A stretch of 64,000 nucleotides of DNA, from positions 6,784,001 through 6,848,000 of the forward strand of contig OZ245006.1 in NCBI GenBank assembly GCA_965223545.1. The letters run 5' to 3'. Below the pieces are notes generated by a model, which worked only from the letters and a program-made list of their open reading frames with translations, did no database searches and was not told the origin of the DNA. The stretch comes from Planctomycetota bacterium. Lineage in GTDB: Bacteria; Planctomycetota; UBA1135; UBA2386. This document shows positions 50,822-60,790 of this stretch, piece after piece. Position 1 is the stretch's first letter, and the number at the start of each line of letters is the position of its first letter. The translations under genes were made by a program, and so were the position numbers.

Positions 50822-53773
50822 ATGTTCGCCAAAGGCCTGAGTGTCTCGTTTGTTATCGCGCTGCTCACCGCTGCAGCCGTCGCCCAAGGCGCGCGGCTGG
50901 TGCGCGACATCAATCTCACGGGCGCGACGGAGACGTCGTCCAATCCGGCCGGGTTCACGGACGTCGGCGGTGAAACCTACTTCGTCGCCGATTGGCCGGG
51001 AACGGGGGGCGAGGTTGTCCGATGGTCACCCGGCACCGGAGCGGCCACGCTGGTCGTCGATCCCTCGACATCGCTGTTCAGCTCCCGGGCGCGCGAGTTG
51101 AGCGAGCTGTCGGGTCTCGCCGTGTTCATTGCGGATGCGCTTGTCGGCGTGCATGTGCTCTCGGCGGACCCCTCTTTGTGGGTGGCCGATCCCCTTACGG
51201 GCAATGCGCAGCGATTGTCTTTCACGGTGGCGCCGAGTGGTCCCTTGGTCAAGGCTGGTGGATTGTTGTTCTTCAGCGGCAACGGCGACCTTTGGAGGAC
51301 CGATGGGACTCCGCGCGGCACGCAGATGGTTGCGGATCTGTTTCCTCAAGAGCGAGTTGCCCTCGGGTCGGAGCTGGTGTTCTCCGCGGTGGACGGCGGT
51401 GGTCCTGGCTTGTGGCGCACCGACGGGACCGCGAATGGCACCGAGCTGGTCCAGCGTTTCGCAAACCGGCCGCGACCGTTTGCGGCGGCGGGTGGCTTGG
51501 TGTTCATGGCCGCGACCGATCCGCAGACCGGGGCCTCCCTTGGCTTGTGGGTTACCGATGGGACTTCGGCCGGGACGCGCGAGATCGCCGGGCCGTTCCT
51601 GGACATCCAGCGCGCTAGAGGGCAGTGGAGCGTGCAGGGCACGACGCTTTACGTGGTCTGCGACGATGGCGTGACGGGCGAGGAGATCTGGCGGTCGGAC
51701 GGCTCCGCGGCGGGGACGGCAGTTGTCCGCGACATCGCGCCTGGCGGTGCCAGCTCGTTCCCGACCGGTCTGACCGCCGTCGGCTCCGATGTGATGTTCG
51801 CTGTTGGCGGTGCGCGAGAGTTGTGGAGGACGGATGGCAGCGCAGCAGGCACGGTGCGCGTTGTCTCAACGGCAACCGTGGCGGTGTGCGCCGATGGCGT
51901 GGCTTGGCGAGGTCGCTACTACTTCGGTGGGACTGATGCGGCCGCAGGATGTGAGCTGTGGGCCTCGGACGGCACTGCCGTCGGCACAGTCCGGGTTGCT
52001 GACATCGTCGCCGGCCCGACGGGGTCGTCGCCGACGAACTTGGCGCTTGTCGCCGGCGGTAGTCGCTTGGCTTTCTCCTGCGACGATGGAGTTTCCGGGC
52101 GGGAGCCGTGGGTGAGCGATGGCACGGCGATGGGGACCCGGCGGATGGCAAACATCGGTCTCACGAATGCTGGCTCATCACCTCGGGAGCTCGTCGATCT
52201 GTATGGCACGACGGTGTTCTCTGCGGACGACGGCGTCGCGGGCCGTGAGCTTTGGCGCAGTGATGGCACGACCGCGGGCACGGTTCGCGTCAAGGACATC
52301 CGGGTCGGCTCGGTTGGGTCGGCGCCGGACGGGTTGTTCGTCGCCGGGGACGCGGTGTTCTTTGCGGCGGACGATGGCGGCGGAAGGCGGCTGTGGAAGA
52401 GCGACGGGTCGCCAACGGGCACCGTCGCCGTCCACTCTGTGCTTCCGTCGACCGGAGCCGGTGCCGTGGCCGTGGGACGCGAGCTGTTCTTCGTCGGCGA
52501 TGATGGACGTAGCGGCACGGAGTTGTGGGCCTCGGATGGTACCGCGTCCGGGACTCGACTCGTGCTCGACCTGACTCCGGGGGCCGCTGGGACCGACTTG
52601 CGGATCATCGGTGCGGTCGGTGCGAGGGCGTTGTTTGTGGTCGATGCGGGCATGACGGAGTTGTGGTCGACCAACGGAACCGCTTCCGGCACGCGGTACT
52701 TGGCGGACACGGTTGCCTCTGTGCCACGAGCCGAGCTTGGCGGTGTGCTGTACTTCGCTGGCACGACGCCCTCCACGGGCACCGAGTTGTGGGGCACTGA
52801 CGGGACGGTCGTGGGCACGCGGATGGTGGTCGATCTCGTCGCGGGATCGGGGAGCTCGAACCCCACCGAGCTCGCGGCCACCGACGGGCTCCTGCTCTTC
52901 AGCGCCTGGACCTCGGGTTTTGGCGAGGAGCTGTGGGCCTCGGACGGGACAGCGCGGGGAACGGGGCTGGTTCTGGATATCGTTCCGGGACCCAATAGCG
53001 GCAGTCCGCGTGGGCTCACCGCGGCCGGTGAGTTCGTCGCCTTCACGCGGTCCATCGGCAGCACGGTGGACATCTGGCTCTCGGACGGCACGGCGTCGGG
53101 CACGACTCTTGTTCGGGATCGTTGGTTCTCGGTAGTCGGTTTGACGGCAGTCGGTGCCAGACAAATCTACTTCGCCGGCGATTCGGCGAACCCGGCGCCG
53201 AGCTACGTCAGCTACTTGGGCGGGGAGCCCTGGCGGGTGACTGCAGCGGCCGGAGTTGAGCTCGTCGCCGACATTGCGCCGACATTCGCCACGTCGACGC
53301 CGACCGGGATGACCCTGTCGTCTGGCGCGTTGCTGTTCGGAGCGGACGACGCGACTCGCGGTCGCGAGCTGTGGCTCGTCGAGCCGGGCGCAACGAGTCA
53401 ACCGGTCGGCCAGGGTTGTCTGAGTGGATCGCCAGCGCTGCGGCTCTGGGCCGATGACCCTGTTCTCGGCGCGACCGCTTTCGTCCGCGGCAGCGGCGCG
53501 CGCCCGGGAACCTCCGGGGCACTGCTGCTCGGAAGCCCTCGGCCGCCCACCGAGCTGGCGCCGGGCTGTTCTCTCTACCTGAATCTCGAGGGGTTGGTGA
53601 TTCTTGCGAGCCTGGCTCCGACGACCGGAGATTGGAGTCTCCCGATACCCCTGCCGTTGTCGACGGCATTGCACGGCGTGCACGTCGGCCTGCAGGCGGT
53701 TCTCGGGCCGGCACCGACGACGCTGGGCGCCGACCTGACGTCGTCGGTCGTGTGGACTCTGGCTGGTTCATGA
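50822..53773 (+). CDS. ELWxxDGT-repeat secreted protein with shared C-terminal domain
   Basis: Signal peptide; many G.ELW.SDGT..GT..V.DI repeats. Confidence 0.92.
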   Translation: MFAKGLSVSFVIALLTAAAVAQGARLVRDINLTGATETSSNPAGFTDVGGETYFVADWPGTGGEVVRWSPGTGAATLVVDPSTSLFSSRARELSELSGLAVFIADALVGVHVLSADPSLWVADPLTGNAQRLSFTVAPSGPLVKAGGLLFFSGNGDLWRTDGTPRGTQMVADLFPQERVALGSELVFSAVDGGGPGLWRTDGTANGTELVQRFANRPRPFAAAGGLVFMAATDPQTGASLGLWVTDGTSAGTREIAGPFLDIQRARGQWSVQGTTLYVVCDDGVTGEEIWRSDGSAAGTAVVRDIAPGGASSFPTGLTAVGSDVMFAVGGARELWRTDGSAAGTVRVVSTATVAVCADGVAWRGRYYFGGTDAAAGCELWASDGTAVGTVRVADIVAGPTGSSPTNLALVAGGSRLAFSCDDGVSGREPWVSDGTAMGTRRMANIGLTNAGSSPRELVDLYGTTVFSADDGVAGRELWRSDGTTAGTVRVKDIRVGSVGSAPDGLFVAGDAVFFAADDGGGRRLWKSDGSPTGTVAVHSVLPSTGAGAVAVGRELFFVGDDGRSGTELWASDGTASGTRLVLDLTPGAAGTDLRIIGAVGARALFVVDAGMTELWSTNGTASGTRYLADTVASVPRAELGGVLYFAGTTPSTGTELWGTDGTVVGTRMVVDLVAGSGSSNPTELAATDGLLLFSAWTSGFGEELWASDGTARGTGLVLDIVPGPNSGSPRGLTAAGEFVAFTRSIGSTVDIWLSDGTASGTTLVRDRWFSVVGLTAVGARQIYFAGDSANPAPSYVSYLGGEPWRVTAAAGVELVADIAPTFATSTPTGMTLSSGALLFGADDATRGRELWLVEPGATSQPVGQGCLSGSPALRLWADDPVLGATAFVRGSGARPGTSGALLLGSPRPPTELAPGCSLYLNLEGLVILASLAPTTGDWSLPIPLPLSTALHGVHVGLQAVLGPAPTTLGADLTSSVVWTLAGS

Positions 53774-53979
53774 GGGCGCCGCTGCGCGGCTGGACCGTAC
53801 TGCTGATCCTGCACGTCGCGAAGCGCATGCGCGACGAGCTGGGAGTTGCCGCGGTGGCGCCGGCGCACTGCACGGGCCACATCGGCGTTCGCGTGTTCCG
53901 CCACGTGTTCGGCGAGCGTTACGTCAAGGCGGGGTTGGGCACGCGCACCCGGTTTCCGGCGTCGACTCCGAACGAGTGA
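53770..53979 (+). pseudogene. C-terminal remnant of an MBL-fold metallo-hydrolase
   Basis: VAPAHCTG..FRHVFGERYVKAGLG resembles the C-terminus of MBL-fold hydrolases; no HxHxDH N-terminal part present. Confidence 0.55.
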
Positions 53980-54037
53980 GGCGCACGGGCTTCGGCATCA
54001 GACCGGTGAGTGTCTGGCAGCGATATGCTCGCTCGGC

Positions 54038-54424
54038 ATGAGCACGCAGTCCACGTTGTTCCAGGCCGTCCCGGTGTTCTTCGTCGAAGACGTGGCGAGG
54101 TCGATGGAGTGGTTCGAGCAGAAGCTCGGATGGCAGCCGGGCTTCGTCTTTCCGGAGGGTGGCGAAGCGCCTTCCTATGCGAGTGTTTGCCTTGGAAAGG
54201 CCGCGGTTCATCTGGCGCGCCATGACCCTGATCGGCACGGACCAGGACGGTCCCACTGTTACGTGTTCGTGAGCGGTGTCGACGCGTACCACGCCTCGGT
54301 CGTTGCAAGGGGACTCGACGTGGAAGGACCCAAGACGTGGCACTACGGGATGCGCGAGTTCGTCGCCGTCGATCCGGATGGCAACCACTTGTGCTTCGGA
54401 CAGGGCGTCGAGACGGCGGAGTAG
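54038..54424 (+). CDS. VOC/glyoxalase/bleomycin-resistance family protein
   Basis: AVPVFFVEDVARSMEWF..LGW, YGMREFVAVDPDGNHLCF. Confidence 0.88.
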   Translation: MSTQSTLFQAVPVFFVEDVARSMEWFEQKLGWQPGFVFPEGGEAPSYASVCLGKAAVHLARHDPDRHGPGRSHCYVFVSGVDAYHASVVARGLDVEGPKTWHYGMREFVAVDPDGNHLCFGQGVETAE

Positions 54425-54518
54425 AGGCGTGGTGCCTCCGTGCGAGAGAGAGGGTCGCCCGGCGAGAAGGTGCAGCGTTGCGCGGTTGGGAGCGGGGTCA
54501 AGAGTGGCGATTCTGTGC

Positions 54519-55631
54519 CTACCGCAATTCCAGCCGGATGACCGGTCCGCGCGACAGCCCGATCTCTCCCGTAGTCGGGCGCGGGGCCGTCGCTCCCGGT
54601 GACCGTGCCGAGGCCACCATGGAGATCGAAGCGGGCGGCATGGTCGGCCCGAGGGTGAGCTGCAGGCCGTTTGTCGTGGTGAGGCCAGCGGGGTTGCTGA
54701 CCGGTGGGATCTCGACACTCGCACCTTGCATGTAGAACGCCGCCCCCAGTAGCTGAGGCGTGGCCGGGATCGGCAGGCGCAGCCGGACCAGAGTGTCCGG
54801 CGCGCCCGTCGCGGCGAATGCGACCGGCAACGTGGCCTGCGGAACGACGGTGACCGAGCAGCCGGGAGCGCCGGTCGGGTCCAGCGGCACGGCGGTCGGC
54901 GCCGTGCCCAGGGCGAGCGCGCCGGTCGACCCGGCGACGGCGAACATCCCGACCAGCAGCTCCCCGCCCGGCATCAGCGTGCGGTCGCGGGCGTACAGGG
55001 TCTTGGGGCCGCGCGCCGCGGTGGCTCCGCAGGCCGCGCCGGTCGTGGTCACCGCGCTGCCGGTCGTTTCGACGAACGCGTCGACCCACCAGTTCGCACC
55101 CGAGAGGCCGCTGAGTGGCGTGCCCTCGATCTCGATGCACAAGTGGCCGGCCTGGTACCGCCACCCCGGCGAGAACGGGATGCGCACCGCGTACGGGCTC
55201 TGCCACGGATAGGGCGGCGTGATCGCGGCCGAGCTCGGCAGCGGCAAGGTCCCGCTGAAGACGACGGCAGGACTCGCGCCGTGATTCTGCGCGAAGGCTC
55301 GAGCGGGTGCTGCCGGGTGGCGCGCGTTGTCCGATACGGTGACGGTGATGCTGGCCGTCTCCGCCTGCACCGTGGCCCCCAACGAATGGTTGCGCCGCAA
55401 CCACAGGCCATCGATCTGCTTGCCGGCCGCTTGCTCAAGCAAGTCGTCGCGCACGAGCAGCTGCTGTCGAAACGCGTCCGAGAACCCGGCGACGTCGGTG
55501 ACCGAGCCCGCCTCCTGGGTGTCGTAGATCGCGGGAATCACGATGGCCTGCGCCGGGCACGTCGCCGCGGCGCCGAGCAGCGCGGCCAGCGACATCGGGG
55601 TAGAGGGCCGTCTGGGGGCTCGTGCGTTCAT
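54519..55631 (-). CDS. Secreted hypothetical protein, paralog of 39047-40129
   Basis: Signal ending CPA-Q; full-length similarity to 39047-40129; ATGA coupling to the upstream small gene. Confidence 0.8.
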   Translation of the reverse strand: MNARAPRRPSTPMSLAALLGAAATCPAQAIVIPAIYDTQEAGSVTDVAGFSDAFRQQLLVRDDLLEQAAGKQIDGLWLRRNHSLGATVQAETASITVTVSDNARHPAAPARAFAQNHGASPAVVFSGTLPLPSSAAITPPYPWQSPYAVRIPFSPGWRYQAGHLCIEIEGTPLSGLSGANWWVDAFVETTGSAVTTTGAACGATAARGPKTLYARDRTLMPGGELLVGMFAVAGSTGALALGTAPTAVPLDPTGAPGCSVTVVPQATLPVAFAATGAPDTLVRLRLPIPATPQLLGAAFYMQGASVEIPPVSNPAGLTTTNGLQLTLGPTMPPASISMVASARSPGATAPRPTTGEIGLSRGPVIRLELR

Positions 55632-55900
55632 GGTCGGGGGCTTCCTGTGCTGTAGATCTCGACCTCGATGTTGTTCGTCGTCGGAAGATTGCGGTCGGAG
55701 ATGACGATCGACTCCGCGCCGCTGGGCGCCGTGATCGTGCCTGTACCGTCGGGTGACAGCGGTAGCTCTTGCCACGGGCCACCGTCCACCGAGTAGTAGA
55801 GCTGCTCGTCGCCGCCGAACTCCACCTCGATGTCTTCGCCCTCGAACGCGGGGTCCGGCTCGGCGCTCAGCGGTGGATCGAGCGGGTGGGGGAAGGTCAT
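55628..55900 (-). CDS. Small acidic beta-rich protein, paralog of 40131-40403
   Basis: LYYSVDGGPWQE..DGTGTITAPSGAESIVISDR; ATGA coupling on both sides. Confidence 0.75.
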   Translation of the reverse strand: MTFPHPLDPPLSAEPDPAFEGEDIEVEFGGDEQLYYSVDGGPWQELPLSPDGTGTITAPSGAESIVISDRNLPTTNNIEVEIYSTGSPRP

Positions 55901-56352
55901 CGGTCGGTGAGCAGCTGGACGGCGCGGACCACGGTTCCCGGAACGTCGGATCGTGCGTGGACCAGGCGCTGCAGGGCACGCGTGACCTTGGCGGTCGCCG
56001 CTTTGTGGCCGTCGTGTGCGGCGCATGCGATGCGCAGGACTCCGACCCAGGCCGTGTCATCCACGTGCTCGGCCTGGCGCAGCTCGGTGAAGAACGTCGG
56101 GTAGGATGCGAGCAGCTCGTCGATCGGAAGGAGGACGAACTCGCGATGGTCGCCGCTCGCTGGGGAGGAGGGTCCGGCACTCGGCGCCTCGGCGGGGCGC
56201 GCCCAGGCCACACCGCCGGTGGCGCCCAGGCCGGCGCCGACGATGCCGGCGCCGGCCGCCGCGAACAGCATTCGGCGCCGAGAAACCCGTTGCCGGTCGC
56301 GGAGAACTTGCAGCAGAGCTTCCTGCTGCCCGGGAAAACCACCTGCTCGCAT
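55897..56352 (-). CDS. Hypothetical protein with twin-arginine-like signal/TM segment
   Basis: VSRRRMLFAAAGAGIVGAGLGATGGVAWA; stop coupled to the next gene. Confidence 0.6.
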   Translation of the reverse strand: MRAGGFPGQQEALLQVLRDRQRVSRRRMLFAAAGAGIVGAGLGATGGVAWARPAEAPSAGPSSPASGDHREFVLLPIDELLASYPTFFTELRQAEHVDDTAWVGVLRIACAAHDGHKAATAKVTRALQRLVHARSDVPGTVVRAVQLLTDR

Positions 56353-56467
56353 CAACTCAGAGTCTAGCCAGCTGCAATGAACCCGGCAAGACCGATTGCA
56401 CAGGCCGACCGCAAACGAGCGACGCCGCGGACATCATTGGGGTGAACGGCGCCAAACGCTCTCCCCG

Positions 56468-56745
56468 ATGTCCGAAGCTCTCGATCGAAGAACCTCCTCG
56501 GCACGCACGCGTGGCTGCAGCGGCTGGCCGGCTTGCCCACGGCCCGGAAGTGCATCGCGCTTGGTTGGCCGGCGTGCTGCACAACGTCTCTCGCCAGCTG
56601 CGCCGCACGGAGCGGCGGCGCGCGCGCCGAAGGTCCGAGGCACTGCTTTCGGGGCTGAAGTGGTGGCCGAGGTCAGTGCGCAGCGCCGTCTGGCCGAGAG
56701 ACAGAGTGCTCTCGACGAGCCATGGCGGACCGCGGTTCTCTCACC
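56468..56745 (+). pseudogene. Degenerate ECF sigma factor remnant
   Basis: Pieces in three frames: MSEAL / LLGTHAWLQRLA / RAWLAGVLHNVSRQLRRTERRRARR / AEVVAEVSAQRRLAE..ALDEPWRTAVL, corresponding to sigma regions 2 and 4. Confidence 0.65.
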
Positions 56746-56831
56746 GCGCGAGCGCTGATCCCTGGCCAAGGGCTTCCATGGCGACCACGCAAATTCGCGG
56801 GACGTGGGCGCTGTGCGGGCAAACGCCTCGC

Positions 56832-58286
56832 ATGCACACGCGCGCGCGCTACCTGTTCAGCTTCGCTGTCCTCGCCCAACTCGCCCCGGCGCAGCCACCG
56901 GCGATGCGCCTGGTGCTCCCCGGAGTCGTCCACGCCGCCGCGCTCGGTGATCTCGATGGGGATGGAGTCGCCGACCTCGCCTTCGGTGACAGCGCCGCCG
57001 GTCAGCTGGTGGCGTTGTCCGGCGTGGATGGGTCATTCCTTCACCGTGTTGCCGGGGCGTCCCTGCCGCGGTCCGCGGTGGGCAATCTCGACGGCGTCGG
57101 CGGCGCCGATCTGGTCGCAGTGACGGCCGCGGTGGGGTACTCGGTCTACTCGGGGACGACCGGTGCGCTGCTGTACACGGTGCCACTCGCGAGCAACGAG
57201 ACGTCGGCAACCGGGGTCCTCGGCCGCGACGACCTCGACGGCGATGGCGCCGACGACTTGTTGGTGACCTACGCTTTGACTACGGGGTGGTACGCGGTGC
57301 GAGCACGGTCCGGCCGCGACGGCACCGTACTGTGGAGCTTCGACTACGACGCCGGGGCCTCGATCGGCTTTTCTGCCAATCCGCTGGGGGACGTGGATGG
57401 CGACGGCGTCGAGGATTTCTGGATGTCGCGGTTCGTCGGTGGCTACTCCGTCGATGAGATCGCGGAGATCTTCTCGGGTGCGACGCGAACCAAGATCCGC
57501 AGCTACCGCAACACATACGTCACCCTGAAGCCGATGGGGGATTCCGATGCCGACGGGTGCGACGACTACTTGGTGCAAGAGAGCTACTGGTGGACCGCGC
57601 CGCTGCCACGGACACTCGTTTCGGGCAAGACCGGTGCCCTGATCGCGGGCTTTGGCACGGCCGTCGACGTGGACTCCGCGGGCGACCTCGATGGCGATGG
57701 GATCGTGGACGTGCTCGCCCGCAACCGGTCGGGGTTGTCCGTGAATGTCCATAGCGGTCTGCCTCCCTTTGCCGTGCTGTGGACCTACTCCTCGCCGTCT
57801 CCGCTGCCATCGATCCGTGCACTCGGTGACGTCGATGGAGACGGCCGCGGTGATTTCGCGTTCTTCGATTCGACCCCCGATTGCGCGTCCATTTCCACCA
57901 GCGGCGCAGCCAACCTGTTGGGCGCGCCATCGGTGGCGCGTGTCGGGGCGCGTGCGAACCAGGACATGGCTCTGACGCCGGGTGACTACGGCGGCCAGGC
58001 GTATGCCGTCGTCGGCTCCATCTCCGGTACTCGGCCGGGCGTCGTGATCGGTGGAGTACCCGTTCCCCTGAATCCGGACGCGCTGACGTTCAGCCCGGCT
58101 GCGCGCGGGTTCTTGCTCGGCGGCAGTGGCGTGCTACCGACGGAGGGGAGCGCAAACATCGGCCTGCGCCTGCCGATCTTGCCGGCTTCGGCGATCGGAA
58201 TGACGGTGCACCACGTGGCGCTGATCTTCGGGCCCCTGGGGATCGAGGCCGCGACCGTGCCGGTGCCGCTCGTGATTCTGCCGTGA
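56832..58286 (+). CDS. FG-GAP/VCBS-repeat secreted protein
   Basis: Signal peptide; repeated GD(L/V)DGDG..D motifs. Confidence 0.88.
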   Translation: MHTRARYLFSFAVLAQLAPAQPPAMRLVLPGVVHAAALGDLDGDGVADLAFGDSAAGQLVALSGVDGSFLHRVAGASLPRSAVGNLDGVGGADLVAVTAAVGYSVYSGTTGALLYTVPLASNETSATGVLGRDDLDGDGADDLLVTYALTTGWYAVRARSGRDGTVLWSFDYDAGASIGFSANPLGDVDGDGVEDFWMSRFVGGYSVDEIAEIFSGATRTKIRSYRNTYVTLKPMGDSDADGCDDYLVQESYWWTAPLPRTLVSGKTGALIAGFGTAVDVDSAGDLDGDGIVDVLARNRSGLSVNVHSGLPPFAVLWTYSSPSPLPSIRALGDVDGDGRGDFAFFDSTPDCASISTSGAANLLGAPSVARVGARANQDMALTPGDYGGQAYAVVGSISGTRPGVVIGGVPVPLNPDALTFSPAARGFLLGGSGVLPTEGSANIGLRLPILPASAIGMTVHHVALIFGPLGIEAATVPVPLVILP

Positions 58287-58350
58287 CGGGAGGGAGGCGG
58301 CGGCCGGGGATGTCGAGCAGAGCCCGAACCGCGTGCTATCGTCGCGCCCG

Positions 58351-60234
58351 ATGACAAACCGCGTATCGGTCGTCCTGGCGCTGTGCGTGGTCTCGGCCGC
58401 TGCCGCCCGGGCGCAGGATCGACTTGTCCGCCCCAACGTGGTGATGATCATCTCCGACGACCAGGCGTGGACCGACTTCGGTTTCATGGGGCACCCGGAG
58501 ATCCGCACACCGCATCTGGATGCGCTGGCCGACAAGAGCGTCGTGTTCGAGCACGGCTACGTGCCGTCGAGTCTCTGCCGACCGAGCTTGGCGACGATGA
58601 TCACCGGGCTCTACCCGCACGAGCACGGACTCACCGGCAACGATCCGCCGAAGGGCGAGCCGCGCGACCGGATGCTGTCGCGCATCGCCGCGGTCGATAC
58701 GCTGCCGAGGTTGCTCGCGCCCCTGGGCTACGAGAGCTTGCAGACCGGCAAGTGGTGGGAGGGCGATTGCCGCTGCGGTGGTTTCGACGAGGGGATGACC
58801 CATGGCGCTCCCGATCGCGGTGGTCGGCACGGCGACGACGGCCTGGAGATTGGCCGCAAGACGATGCGGCCGATCGCGGACTTCCTCGACGCGCGCGGCG
58901 AGCGGCCGTTCTTTCTCTGGTACGCGCCCTTCTTGCCGCACACGCCGCACAACCCACCCGAGCGCCTACTGCAGCGCTATCGGAAGCCGGGCAAGAGCGT
59001 GCACGTCGCGAAGTACCAAGCGATGTGCGAGTGGTTCGATGAGACGTGCGGCCAGCTGTTGGCCATGCTCGACGAACGCGGACTCACCGAGGACACGCTG
59101 GTGGTGTTCGCCGTCGACAACGGGTGGATCCAGCGCCCTGACCGCCGCGGTTACGCCCAGCGCAGCAAGCGGTCCCCGTACGAAGGCGGCGTGCGCACGC
59201 CGATTCTGCTGTCCTGGCCCGGCCGCCTCCAACCCACGCGGCGCGACGATCTCGCCAGCTCGGTCGACCTCGCGCCGACGATCTTGCGCGCTTGTGGAGT
59301 CACGCCGCCGGAGCGGATGACGGGCCGTGACCTACGCGACGCCGCGCACGCGCGCGACGCGGTGTTCGGTGCGACGTTCTCGCATGACGTCGTCGACCTC
59401 GACGCGCCGACCAAGGGCTTGCAGACGCGCTGGTCGGTGCACGACGGATTCAAGCTCGTCGTGCATCACGGCAGGGCGAAGCGTGTCGAGCTGTTCCACT
59501 TGACCGAGGACCCGCGCGAGCGCGTGGAGCTGGCAGTGCAGCTGCCCGAGCGGACTGGCGCGATGGTGGCGACGCTCGACGCGTGGTGGTCGCCGGCCCG
59601 TTTCGATCCCGTCTTGCGCCGCGTGCACGGCTTTCCGGTCTACGTCGATCCCGCGCTGTTGGACGGAGAACACGCGACAGAGGGCGCGCGCGCGCTCGGC
59701 ATGCTGGCCAACCACCTCGAGCGCATCTCCATGCTGGTCGAGGGCCAGCCGCTGCAGGACCTTCGCCAAGTCGGCATCTGGATCGAGCACGAGCACACCG
59801 AGCTGGAGCGCATGCAGTACCACCCGAGCGCGCGCTGGCTGGCCCGGCATGGCTACGACACGCGGCTGGCGCGGACGGTGCATATCCCTCGCGCGCGCGC
59901 GCTCCTTTCTCGGGCGCAGCTGCTCAAGCACCCGGCGGTCGTCCTGCACGAGCTCGCGCACGCCTATCACGACCAGGTGCTCGGCTTCGACGACGAACGC
60001 GTGCTCCGGGCCTTCCGCACCGCGCGTGACGGAAAGCGTTACGAGGACGTGCTGGCGCACACGGGTCGCCGGGTCCGGCACTACGCGATGACCGACCACA
60101 AGGAGTACTTCGCCGAAGCCACCGAGGCGTACCTCTACCGGAACGACTTCTTCCCGTTCGTTCGGGCCGAGCTCGCGGAGTTCGATCCGGTCTGCCACGA
60201 TCTACTCGAACGGATTTGGGGACCGGCGCGCTGA
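58351..60234 (+). CDS. Sulfatase fused to C-terminal zinc metallopeptidase-like domain
   Basis: RPNVVMIISDDQ, TPHLDALA, SLCRPSL..TG, GKW, LPHTP, DNG; C-terminal VLHELAHAYH..EYFAEATEAY. Confidence 0.88.
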   Translation: MTNRVSVVLALCVVSAAAARAQDRLVRPNVVMIISDDQAWTDFGFMGHPEIRTPHLDALADKSVVFEHGYVPSSLCRPSLATMITGLYPHEHGLTGNDPPKGEPRDRMLSRIAAVDTLPRLLAPLGYESLQTGKWWEGDCRCGGFDEGMTHGAPDRGGRHGDDGLEIGRKTMRPIADFLDARGERPFFLWYAPFLPHTPHNPPERLLQRYRKPGKSVHVAKYQAMCEWFDETCGQLLAMLDERGLTEDTLVVFAVDNGWIQRPDRRGYAQRSKRSPYEGGVRTPILLSWPGRLQPTRRDDLASSVDLAPTILRACGVTPPERMTGRDLRDAAHARDAVFGATFSHDVVDLDAPTKGLQTRWSVHDGFKLVVHHGRAKRVELFHLTEDPRERVELAVQLPERTGAMVATLDAWWSPARFDPVLRRVHGFPVYVDPALLDGEHATEGARALGMLANHLERISMLVEGQPLQDLRQVGIWIEHEHTELERMQYHPSARWLARHGYDTRLARTVHIPRARALLSRAQLLKHPAVVLHELAHAYHDQVLGFDDERVLRAFRTARDGKRYEDVLAHTGRRVRHYAMTDHKEYFAEATEAYLYRNDFFPFVRAELAEFDPVCHDLLERIWGPAR

Positions 60235-60252
60235 GTGCGCGGGACACCAGGA

Positions 60253-60762
60253 TCACTGTGCCCTGCGCAGCTCATCGACCCACAGCTCCGTCCAGTGCGC
60301 GCCATCGTCGTGGGAGATCGACATCGACCGTCGCCACACGCCGTCGGCCAACAGCTCGGAAACCAGCCGGGATTCGCGCGTGCGGTGTGGCGAGATCGAG
60401 CGCCACTCGCTCCGAGTGCCCGTGACGGTACCGGCGTAGCGGGCCGCTGCTCGCCCGACCGAGTTCGTGTACTGCCATGACCACTTTCCGTTGGTGGGGT
60501 CGAAGAGTTGCACGGCCGTCCCGGTGTACGAGCGACCCGCCTTCCCGCGGATCTCCAAGGTGCGCAGCTGGCCAGCGCCGATGAGAACCGGCTCGACGCG
60601 CATGCGCATCGGCGCCTCGTCGCCGCTCGCGGCGTCGCGGCGCACTCCTTCCCACGTGCCCAGCGTCCACGCGAAGGGGTCGGTTGGTGGCGAGCTGGCG
60701 CACGCACACAGAGTGAGACAGGCGACGGCAGTGGCTGCCGAGATCGTGTGGACTTGCGGCAT
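60253..60762 (-). CDS. Putative lipoprotein (DUF1579-like beta-barrel)
   Basis: Lipobox-like LCAC, FAWTLGTWEG, FDPTNGKW, SHDDGAHW. Confidence 0.6.
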   Translation of the reverse strand: MPQVHTISAATAVACLTLCACASSPPTDPFAWTLGTWEGVRRDAASGDEAPMRMRVEPVLIGAGQLRTLEIRGKAGRSYTGTAVQLFDPTNGKWSWQYTNSVGRAAARYAGTVTGTRSEWRSISPHRTRESRLVSELLADGVWRRSMSISHDDGAHWTELWVDELRRAQ

Positions 60763-60790
60763 GTTGGACGGCAAGGATCCGCCAACTCTA

